DNA of 29,230 bases from positions 1 to 29,230 of the IMG/VR virus record IMGVR_UViG_3300033067_000583. One strand, written 5' to 3'. The position numbers and the translations under genes were made by a program. Below the pieces are notes generated by a model, which was not told the DNA's origin, did no database searches, and saw only the letters and a list, made by a program, of their open reading frames with translations. The DNA is from a virus. Lineage: Duplodnaviria; Caudoviricetes. This document shows positions 6,233 through 13,931 of this stretch, piece after piece. How positions within the stretch are numbered: position 1 is the first letter of the stretch; each line of letters begins with the position of its first letter.

Positions 6233-6556
6233 TCAGGTCTTTTCAGCCTTGATGAAATCAGCAATGGCTTTCAATGCTGTTTTGTTGGCCTTGGTCAGCG
6301 AATCAGCATCAGCTTCGCCCATGCCCAATGCCTGGGCAATGTAGTCTGCGAATTCGTCCTTTTTAACCACGGCTTCGCCAGTCTTGGTTTTGTAGGTCTT
6401 GGCAGTGTACACCTTTTCGCGTGACAGTTTCGCAACCACAGAGCGCACAGTCTTGCCCAATACCTCAGCGATAGCCTCAACAGTTGCACCGGCTTGATAG
6501 TCGGCAACCATTTTAGCGGTCATCTCAGGGGTGTAGTTTACAGTTTTTGCAGTCAT
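6233..6556 (-). CDS. T5 A2-like HTH DNA-binding protein, paralogue 3 (~107 aa)
   Basis: Start 6556 (or 6559) after GGAG. NYTPEMTAKMVADYQAG..IAEVLGKTVRSVVAKLSREKVY..KKDEFAD..DSLTKANKTAL is very similar to paralogue 2. Confidence 0.8.
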   Translation of the reverse strand: MTAKTVNYTPEMTAKMVADYQAGATVEAIAEVLGKTVRSVVAKLSREKVYTAKTYKTKTGEAVVKKDEFADYIAQALGMGEADADSLTKANKTALKAIADFIKAEKT

Positions 6557-6658
6557 CATTTTCTCCAGGTTAATCAGGGTTTCATCACAAGTGTGAAGTA
6601 TATCACGAAAGGGGTGGCGATGCAAGCGGCAAAGCCAAGCGCATCAAAAAGTTCACGT

Positions 6659-6823
6659 TTACTCATACCAAACATCTCCAACAATCTTGCCGTCAATTAT
6701 AACATAATACGCGGTCATATGTGCCACGCGTGCAGAAAAATTCTCTGCGTCATGTTGCACAATGCTATGCGCTTTTGGATCCTTTGCAAGGATCGCTTCA
6801 GTTGCTTGTTGTTTCGTTGTCAT
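6659..6823 (-). CDS. 54-aa hypothetical protein, probably leaderless
   Basis: MTTKQQATEAILAKDPKAHSIVQHDAENFSARVAHMTAYYVIIDGKIVGDVWYE; TTGACC-16-TATAAT lies 6 nt before the ATG. Confidence 0.6.
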   Translation of the reverse strand: MTTKQQATEAILAKDPKAHSIVQHDAENFSARVAHMTAYYVIIDGKIVGDVWYE

Positions 6824-6987
6824 GGGTTTATTATATCACGCTTTTGCAATCGGTCAACAAGATTTTAGGATTGTTACAAACTGTTACACAATAGCTATTT
6901 GGTTCACAAATCGCTTTGAAAACAAAAGTACACATACTAGGGGGGATAGTAGACTTGAGTATTCACACACGCCACGGGACCCACCCA

Positions 6988-7103
6988 CACGCGGCCTATT
7001 TAAGAAAAATCCGAAAACACTTTGGGTGCCAACATCGACCCTAAACCGCAACAACTTAGCCGGTGCCTAACGGTGTGACAGCACGCGGCCTATTTAAGAA
7101 AAA
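6988..7103. repeat. perfect 22-bp direct repeat CACGCGGCCTATTTAAGAAAAA
   Basis: Copies at 6988-7009 and 7082-7103 in non-coding DNA upstream of terS. Confidence 0.9.
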
Positions 7104-7205
7104 CCAACGCAAACCGCTTGACCCACAACCACAGCAAATCGACCCCCAACCAACCCAATCCACCCAAACCGTCCCCGATCTCCCCAAGCACACCAAAAAT
7201 CCCAC

Positions 7206-7235
7206 TTGCCCCCACCGAGCCCCCTGTGGTATAAT
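7206..7235 (+). promoter_or_regulatory. sigma70-type promoter for the terminase operon
   Basis: TTGCCC-18-TATAAT with extended -10 TG; AGAGGA RBS follows. Confidence 0.65.
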
Positions 7236-7256
7236 CGACCCAAAGAGGAATAATCT

Positions 7257-7730
7257 ATGCAAAATTTACCTGCTGAAACGCTACAAATTGCCCCGGAAGC
7301 CCTGGAAGTGGCAAATTGCTACCTGCAACTACAGGATGCTCGCCGTGTTGCCGACGAACTAGACTTGCCACCAACACTGGTTACTGAAATACTTGGCCGC
7401 CGCGAGGTCAAGTCGTACATCGACCACGTATTCATGGACACCGGATTCAACAACAAGTTTGAAATGCGTGCGGCTATGGATGCGCTTATTAAGAAGAAAT
7501 TCCAGGAGCTGCACGAGTCCGATACGGGATCAACCAAGGATATTGCCGAACTACTCCAGATTTCGCACAAAATGTCAATGGACTTGCTAGACCGTGAAAT
7601 CCAGCTGGAAAAGATCCGAGCAGGCAATGGTGGCCCACAAAAACAAGTTAACGTGCAGATTAACGAAGGCCTAGATGGGTCGAAGTATTCTAGTCTAATT
7701 TCGCGCCTGATTAGCGGGGACGGAGTTTAA
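7257..7730 (+). CDS. terS: terminase small subunit (T5-like)
   Basis: N-terminal HTH (RRVADELDLP), central helices, QVNVQIN tail; directly upstream of terL with TAATG overlap. Confidence 0.85.
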   Translation: MQNLPAETLQIAPEALEVANCYLQLQDARRVADELDLPPTLVTEILGRREVKSYIDHVFMDTGFNNKFEMRAAMDALIKKKFQELHESDTGSTKDIAELLQISHKMSMDLLDREIQLEKIRAGNGGPQKQVNVQINEGLDGSKYSSLISRLISGDGV

Positions 7731-9016
7731 TGTTAACTATCTCTCGCCCAGATGTAGAGCGTGATGCTATTACGGAATTTCCTGCCGACACACGCTTTAT
7801 CAAGCTGCCTATCACCAATTACCTAAAGCTGCTAGGCATTTACGAGTCGATTAACCGACCCCAAATCGCACTAATCAACGCAGTCAACGATCCCAAGTAC
7901 CGTTTTGTATGCGCTGCGCTTGCGCGCCGACTTGGCAAAACCTACATAGCCAACGTGGTGGGTCAACTGGTGAGCCTGGTACCTGGTAGCAATGTCTTAA
8001 TCATGTCGCCAAACTATAACCTGAGTGGCATTTCGTTTGAGCTACAACGCAAACTCATCAAGCACTTTGATCTCGAAGTGTCACGTGATAACTTAAAGGA
8101 TAAAATAATTGAACTCTCAAATGGTTCAACTATTCGTATGGGCAGCCTTAGTACTGTCGATAGTTGTGTGGGTCGGAGCTACGATCTTATTATATTTGAT
8201 GAAGCAGCGCTTGGGTCAGACGGAGAAGCCGCCTTTAACGTTGCCCTCCGACCAACCCTAGATAAACCGAATTCAAAAGCAATTTTTATTAGTACCCCTC
8301 GCGGTCGCAACAACTGGTTTAGTCAATTTTGGCAACGTGGCTTTGATCCCAAGTTCCCGGAATGGGTTAGTTTACAAGCGGACTATTCGGAGAACACTCG
8401 CATGGCCGAGTCGGATGTGGCTGAGGCTCGCAAGTCGATGAGCAAAGCCGAATTTGAGCAAGAATACTTGGCCTCGTTTACAGTGTTTGAGGGTCAAATT
8501 TACTCGCTAGCTGAGGGGGATGTGTGTGAACCCCCTCCGGATCTACGTGGCGAGGCTATTGCTGGCTGCGACCCAGGATACCGTGACTATACCGCGTTTT
8601 GCGTAATCATTTACGACCAGGTAGGCGACTGCTTTTGGATTGTGGATGAATACCTGGAAAATGAAGCTACCACACAACAGCATGCTGAACGGTTCCTGGA
8701 GCTAATGACTCGTTGGGGTGTGGAAACCGTGTTTATTGATAGTGCTGCCGCACAGTTTGCATCGGACTTGGCTTATATGTACGACATTGCATCGACCAAA
8801 GCCAAAAAAGATGTGCTGCCTGGTATTGCCTATGTGCAGACCCTGGTAGCACAAGGTCGACTAAAAGTCGCACCAAACTGTACACACTGCCTTGCTGTGT
8901 TTGACCAGTATCGCTGGGATACCAAGGAAGGTCTACAGCGCGAGCGTCCAAAGCATGATGACTACTCGCACATGGCTGATGCTATCAGATACGCGCTTTA
9001 TACGTACACCTTGTAA
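7730..9016 (+). CDS. terL: terminase large subunit
   Basis: Walker A ARRLGKT, Walker B LIIFDEAA, coupling motif ISTPRG, nuclease GCDPG..SHMADAIRY. Confidence 0.97.
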   Translation: MLTISRPDVERDAITEFPADTRFIKLPITNYLKLLGIYESINRPQIALINAVNDPKYRFVCAALARRLGKTYIANVVGQLVSLVPGSNVLIMSPNYNLSGISFELQRKLIKHFDLEVSRDNLKDKIIELSNGSTIRMGSLSTVDSCVGRSYDLIIFDEAALGSDGEAAFNVALRPTLDKPNSKAIFISTPRGRNNWFSQFWQRGFDPKFPEWVSLQADYSENTRMAESDVAEARKSMSKAEFEQEYLASFTVFEGQIYSLAEGDVCEPPPDLRGEAIAGCDPGYRDYTAFCVIIYDQVGDCFWIVDEYLENEATTQQHAERFLELMTRWGVETVFIDSAAAQFASDLAYMYDIASTKAKKDVLPGIAYVQTLVAQGRLKVAPNCTHCLAVFDQYRWDTKEGLQRERPKHDDYSHMADAIRYALYTYTL

Positions 9017-9579
9017 TTAAAAAGTCGATCCCACCAGCCTAGCTTTTGCAGTCGTTGTAGCTCGGTCTTATGCTCAAAGTAACGATCCTTGAACTCATTG
9101 GTGAGTTTTAGCAGGTCAAGGTAGTCTTGGTCAATAATATAACCATTGCTTTTATACTCTTCCAAGGCTTCTTCAGCTTGTTCTTGCGCCTCTTGTGCTG
9201 CGTTAATTTTGCCCTGCGCCTGGTCAATTAGCTTTAGGTGATCCCAGGTGCACAAGTGTAGCAACTCACGGTTATTGTTGATAAGTTCCGCAATTTCATC
9301 AGTACGCTCCAGTTTTGGATACGTGGTGTTGAGCATATCACCGCACTTAAACTGGTCAATTAACCACTCTTCCATGATATCAATATGATCTTGGTGGCAG
9401 TAGAAGATTGCCTCAGGTTTGGGCAAGCCACATTGATCGTACTCAACTTGCATTGGTCGAGCAGCCTTGCCAGTGGCAAATTTGTTAAAGTGCTGTTTCC
9501 AGCGGGTCTCCAAGTCTAGGGATTTACCAATGTAAAACTTGCCACTTGAAAAGGTTAGGCGGTAGATTCCAGAAGCCAT
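8998..9579 (-). CDS. GIY-YIG endonuclease with C-terminal coiled coil
   Basis: SGIYRL..FYIGKS..RWKQH..E..LN; GAGG RBS; own promoter. Confidence 0.85.
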   Translation of the reverse strand: MASGIYRLTFSSGKFYIGKSLDLETRWKQHFNKFATGKAARPMQVEYDQCGLPKPEAIFYCHQDHIDIMEEWLIDQFKCGDMLNTTYPKLERTDEIAELINNNRELLHLCTWDHLKLIDQAQGKINAAQEAQEQAEEALEEYKSNGYIIDQDYLDLLKLTNEFKDRYFEHKTELQRLQKLGWWDRLFNYKVYV

Positions 9580-9598
9580 ATTTCCTCAATAAAATTAT

Positions 9599-9627
9599 AT
9601 TATACCGAGTTTGGCTGGCACGGGCAA
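9599..9627 (-). promoter_or_regulatory. promoter for the GIY-YIG gene
   Basis: Minus strand TTGCCC-17-TATAAT. Confidence 0.65.
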
Positions 9628-9662
9628 GTCAAAATATCAGACCTGCAGCAGAAAATATGGTA

Positions 9663-9691
9663 TTGACATTTTTCTGCTAACCATGTATAAT
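9663..9691 (+). promoter_or_regulatory. consensus sigma70 promoter for the head operon
   Basis: TTGACA-17-TATAAT. Confidence 0.85.
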
Positions 9692-9721
9692 ACTAGTAAT
9701 CTCAAAAGGTCCAATTAAAAA

Positions 9722-10153
9722 ATGGCCAAGAACACAAATAAACGTATTCCTGTAAAGTGGGTTCGCGACCGAGCGAAAGCAGCATACGATAAAAAGTCCG
9801 AGTGTTTCATTTGCGACAGCACAAAAGACTTAGAACTACACCACCTACATTCGATCACAATACTCTTAGAAACGTGGGCCGACAGAAAAGGTTACGATAT
9901 ATCAACTGACGATGGCATTTTGGCTGTTCGTGACGAATTTATTCAAGAGCATAAAATTGAGCTTTATGACAAGGTTTACACCCTATGTAATCCGCACCAT
10001 GTAGCTCTGCACGCCGTATACGGCAAAGCTCCTGCGGTAGGTTCGGAATTAAAGCAGCAGCGTTGGATTGAATTACAGCGTCAAAAGCACGTTTCAGGTG
10101 AGCGTCAAGTACCCAACTCCAGTTATGGTTCACTATTCTCAAGATTTATATAG
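9722..10153 (+). CDS. HNH-type endonuclease (T5-like nicking/packaging-associated)
   Basis: CFIC..LELHH..TLCNPHHVALH; located between terL and portal as in T5-like phages. Confidence 0.8.
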   Translation: MAKNTNKRIPVKWVRDRAKAAYDKKSECFICDSTKDLELHHLHSITILLETWADRKGYDISTDDGILAVRDEFIQEHKIELYDKVYTLCNPHHVALHAVYGKAPAVGSELKQQRWIELQRQKHVSGERQVPNSSYGSLFSRFI

Positions 10154-10161
10154 GGAAATCT

Positions 10162-11346
10162 ATGAACTGGATAACAAAAAGTACGGATTGGTTTCGTGAG
10201 AAGCTAAATCCTGCACAAACACGAATTGCAGAAGCTGAAGGCACACAAGTTGGCACTCAGTCGAAGCTGGCATATTCACAAGCATTTAAAAAGCTAGAGA
10301 CAGTTAACCGACCAGTAAACATGCTGGTTTCGGCATGTGCTAGCTTAGACTATGATATTAAAGATAAAGTACACGACGGCGTTGTAGTTGGTGTGCGTCA
10401 AAAGACACTAAACACACTACTTAACTTTCGCCCTAACCCGTACCAGTCAGCACAAGATTTTCGCACTGCACTATTCACAGACTTCGTCTTAGAAGGCAAT
10501 GCGTTTATTCACTTTGATGGTACTTTTATGTACCACCTGCCAGCGTCTAATGTAGAGATCTTAACGGATAGCAAGACGTTTATTCGTGGGTTTCGCTATA
10601 ACGGTGCAGTGGACTTTACCGAATCAGAAGTATTTTATATTCGCGATTTGAGTTCGGAATCTATCTATCGTGGTGCTAGTCGACTGCAAAGTGCAGATCG
10701 CAGCATGAATATCCTGTACTCTATGCAGCAGTTTCAGGAAAGCTTCTTTGATAACGGTGCTATCTTCGGCTTGGTACTTACCACCGACAACACTCTGTCA
10801 CAAGTAGCCAAAGACAAAACAATTAATTACTGGTTGCAAAAGTACAACACCAAACTTGGTGCTAAGCGTCCAGTTATCTTAGACTCAGGACTAAAGCCAC
10901 ACGCTTTAGCTCAAACAAACTTTAAAGACATGGACTTTGACCAGAGTATTAAAACTCATGGTGAGAAGATCATGCAAGCTGTAGGCGTTCCGCCTATCTT
11001 ACTTGAAGGCGGTAACAACGCCAACATTTCGCCTAACTTACGCCTGTTCTACCTAGAAACAGTATTACCAATTAATCGTAAGTTTATTAGCGCCGTGGAA
11101 AGATACTTTGGTTACGACGTAGAAGCTATTACTAGCTCCGTTAGTGCCCTACAGCCAGAACTAAAAGACATTGCCGCGTACCATAGCACATTAGTTAATG
11201 CTGGTATTATTAGTGCTAATGAAGCTCGCGTAGAGCTACGTTACGAAACTAAACCTGGCAACGACGATTTACGAATTCCTGCAAATATTGCAGGTTCAGC
11301 CGCAAATCCTAGTACTGGGGGACGACCCGCCTCCGCTAAGGAATAA
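10162..11346 (+). CDS. portal protein (HK97/T5 type)
   Basis: LLNFRPNPYQS..EGNAFI..FFDNGA..VGVPPILL..GIISANEAR. Confidence 0.95.
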   Translation: MNWITKSTDWFREKLNPAQTRIAEAEGTQVGTQSKLAYSQAFKKLETVNRPVNMLVSACASLDYDIKDKVHDGVVVGVRQKTLNTLLNFRPNPYQSAQDFRTALFTDFVLEGNAFIHFDGTFMYHLPASNVEILTDSKTFIRGFRYNGAVDFTESEVFYIRDLSSESIYRGASRLQSADRSMNILYSMQQFQESFFDNGAIFGLVLTTDNTLSQVAKDKTINYWLQKYNTKLGAKRPVILDSGLKPHALAQTNFKDMDFDQSIKTHGEKIMQAVGVPPILLEGGNNANISPNLRLFYLETVLPINRKFISAVERYFGYDVEAITSSVSALQPELKDIAAYHSTLVNAGIISANEARVELRYETKPGNDDLRIPANIAGSAANPSTGGRPASAKE

Positions 11347-11360
11347 CACAAAGGGGTATT

Positions 11361-13277
11361 ATGGTAGATAAAAATAAAGTCCTGTTTTTAAACAGTTCTT
11401 TTACTAAGAGTGAACCTCTACCGACTGCCGACGGAAAAATTGATAGCATTACCATCGAAGGATATGCTTCAACTAATGACGAAGACAGACACGGCGATAT
11501 TGTTCCTGCGAGTGTGTGGGAAGCTGGTATTAAGAATTACTTGAAAAATCCGGTAATTCTTGCGTACCACCAACATGACGAGCCGGTTGGTAGAATGACA
11601 GATCACAGAATTGACGAGAGAGGCTTGTTTGTTAAAGCAAGAATTTCCGCAGCTGCTGAGGATGTTTTCAATCTTGTAAAAGACGGCGTGCTAACCGCTT
11701 TTAGCATTGGTTTTCGTATCATTGATGCGGAATATAATTCAGCCTTAGAGCTGTTTGTTGTAAAAGAACTGGAACTACACGAAATCTCAGTAGTGTCTGT
11801 GCCAGCTAATCAAAATACACTATTTAGTCTTTCTAAGGCGTTTGATACGGCCGAAGAATTTAAATCTTTCAAAATGCAGTTTGCAAGCAAAAGCGACTCA
11901 GCTAAAGGGCTAGAAGCCTCCAGCGAAGTAAACAGCGAAATTAACGAGGAATTGGAAATGACCCAAGAAGAACTACAAAAAATGATGGCCGCTGCTGCTG
12001 AGCAAGCCACAAAATCTCTGCTAGCCGCTCAAGAAAAAGCTGCTGCAGAAAAAGCTGCTGCTGACAAAGCTGAAGCCGAATTACAAGCCCGTATCAAAGC
12101 TGCCGTTGCCCTAGCAACTCCAAGCGAAACTGGTGCCGAGAAGCTACTAGCTGAAGTTGAGAAGCGTCTAGCTGAACAAACAGAAAGCACTAAGTCAGTT
12201 GTTGCTGGCCTAGAGAGCGCTCTAAAAGAAAAAGCTGCTGAACTAGAAGCTATCCAAAAGTCCCGTATGCAATTCCAAGACGGTAAGTCTGGCGAAATGT
12301 CTTACGCTGACAAGGAAAAGGCTGTTGTTCTAGCTAAAATGACTGGCAAGGCCCTAGAAGGCACTAAGTTCGGTCGTCAAATGGTTGAAAAGTACGGTGC
12401 TCACGTTCCAAGCGCAACTTGGGAAACCGAAGTTAGCCTAAACATGGAAAACGAAGTTCGCCGTCGTTTAGTTGTTGCTCCTAACCTACGCAACATCGCG
12501 ATGCAAACTAACGTTATGACTATCCCTGTAAACCCAGAAGCGGGTGTTGCTACATGGATGGCTAACACAGCCTTCGGTACTAGCGCAAGCGCCGGTAACA
12601 CAGATACACACGCCCTAAAAGAGATTACTCTAAACGCGTACAAAGTAGCTACAAACGAATACATGGCTTACGAAGAAGACGAAGACAGCCTAATCGCTTT
12701 ACTTCCAATCGTTCGTGATGGTATGATCCGCCGTGTTGCTCGCGCTGTTGACCGCGCTATGCTACGTGGTGCCGCAAGTGGTAACGATCCAGTTAAAGGT
12801 CTAGCAACTTACGACGCAGTAAGTGCCGTAACTATGGACATCTCTGCTAACGACAAAATGACTGTAGCTCGTCTACAAGCTATGCGCCGTGACCTAGGTG
12901 CATGGGGTCTAGATCCAAGCGAACTAGTTTACATCGTAAGCACAGAAAACTATTACGACCTACTAGAAGACCCAATCTTCCAGACAATGGACAAAGTTGG
13001 TACACAAGCTACTGTTCTAACTGGCCAAATCGGTGCAGTCGGTAACACTCCAGTTCTAGTTTCTGCTGAATTCGCAGACAAGGCTGACGGTGTAGCAGGT
13101 GCTATCGTATTCAACCCAGGTAACTTCATCGTTGGTAACCAACGCGGTCTACGTATCGATACACAAGACCTAGTTGAAACACAGCGTAAAGTAATGGTAG
13201 CTAGCCTACGTACTGGTATGACACAAGTTACAACTAACTTAGGTGGTGCAGTTTCCACCCTACGTTACGTAGCTTAA
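11361..13277 (+). CDS. prohead protease-scaffold-major capsid protein in-frame fusion (HK97 fold)
   Basis: Protease motifs IEGYAS, YHQHDEPVG, FSIGF, EISVVSVPAN; Ala/Glu/Lys coiled coil; capsid-like C-terminal half; internal GAGGA RBS before in-frame ATG 11958. Confidence 0.92.
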   Translation: MVDKNKVLFLNSSFTKSEPLPTADGKIDSITIEGYASTNDEDRHGDIVPASVWEAGIKNYLKNPVILAYHQHDEPVGRMTDHRIDERGLFVKARISAAAEDVFNLVKDGVLTAFSIGFRIIDAEYNSALELFVVKELELHEISVVSVPANQNTLFSLSKAFDTAEEFKSFKMQFASKSDSAKGLEASSEVNSEINEELEMTQEELQKMMAAAAEQATKSLLAAQEKAAAEKAAADKAEAELQARIKAAVALATPSETGAEKLLAEVEKRLAEQTESTKSVVAGLESALKEKAAELEAIQKSRMQFQDGKSGEMSYADKEKAVVLAKMTGKALEGTKFGRQMVEKYGAHVPSATWETEVSLNMENEVRRRLVVAPNLRNIAMQTNVMTIPVNPEAGVATWMANTAFGTSASAGNTDTHALKEITLNAYKVATNEYMAYEEDEDSLIALLPIVRDGMIRRVARAVDRAMLRGAASGNDPVKGLATYDAVSAVTMDISANDKMTVARLQAMRRDLGAWGLDPSELVYIVSTENYYDLLEDPIFQTMDKVGTQATVLTGQIGAVGNTPVLVSAEFADKADGVAGAIVFNPGNFIVGNQRGLRIDTQDLVETQRKVMVASLRTGMTQVTTNLGGAVSTLRYVA

Positions 13278-13284
13278 TTAATTT

Positions 13285-13312
13285 GACAAGGAACTTCGGT
13301 TCCTTGTCTTTT
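13285..13312 (+). terminator. intrinsic terminator after the capsid gene
   Basis: GACAAGGAAC-ttcg-GTTCCTTGTC-TTTT. Confidence 0.85.
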
Positions 13313-13358
13313 ATAAGGGTTTTTAGGAATCCTTATAAAAGACAAAAAGGATTTAGAT

Positions 13359-13931
13359 ATGGGATTGAATTTAATAACTAAAGCCGAATATAAAGCATAC
13401 GCAGGAATTAGCTCAACAAACCAAGATGCTGAAATCGACAGTTTAATTCCCAAAGTATCTCAATTCGTAAAAACATATTGCCGCCGTAGTTTCATCGACT
13501 ACGTGGATGAAATACTAACAGAACGCACAAGTGGCGGATTTGACAAAATAATTTTAAAAGAAACGCCAGTAGTTCAAGTACTTTCAGTTGAGAAAAGCAC
13601 TGACTATGGAAAAACTTATTCTACCCTAACCGAGTATACGGACTGGGTATTAGATACTGAAGATAGCTCAATAGTATCACTTAGTGTTACAGGATTTGAA
13701 AAGCTCGTAAATGGTTACGCCGTAAGTTATTATGCTGGATACGAATCAGTACCGGAAGACTTAAAATTAGCTATTATGGACTTGGTTACATACTATCGTC
13801 AAAATGACGGAGCTGTACACTCCAGCAAAGCACCCGGTACTAATACCGTTCAAATTGAGTACGTATCAACAACAAATCTACCAGCGCACATTAAGCGTGT
13901 ACTGGACCAATACGTAGCGGATTACGCATGA
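13359..13931 (+). CDS. head-tail connector/head completion protein
   Basis: LITKAEYKAYAGI..D..YCRR..YYAGYESVPEDLKLA (gp6/gp15-like); synteny. Confidence 0.85.
   Translation: MGLNLITKAEYKAYAGISSTNQDAEIDSLIPKVSQFVKTYCRRSFIDYVDEILTERTSGGFDKIILKETPVVQVLSVEKSTDYGKTYSTLTEYTDWVLDTEDSSIVSLSVTGFEKLVNGYAVSYYAGYESVPEDLKLAIMDLVTYYRQNDGAVHSSKAPGTNTVQIEYVSTTNLPAHIKRVLDQYVADYA

Noticed and set aside
5750-6868. Plus-strand ORFs 5750..6424 and 6494..6868 (also 3289..3717, 3814..4092, 4182..4403) as products of the cassette promoters
   Set aside because: These are shadow ORFs of real minus-strand genes, with no RBS and non-protein-like composition.
6762-7362. ORFs 6762..7070, 7056..7262 and 7063..7362 (shared RGLFKKN)
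   Set aside because: Artefacts of the 22-bp repeat and C-rich non-coding DNA.
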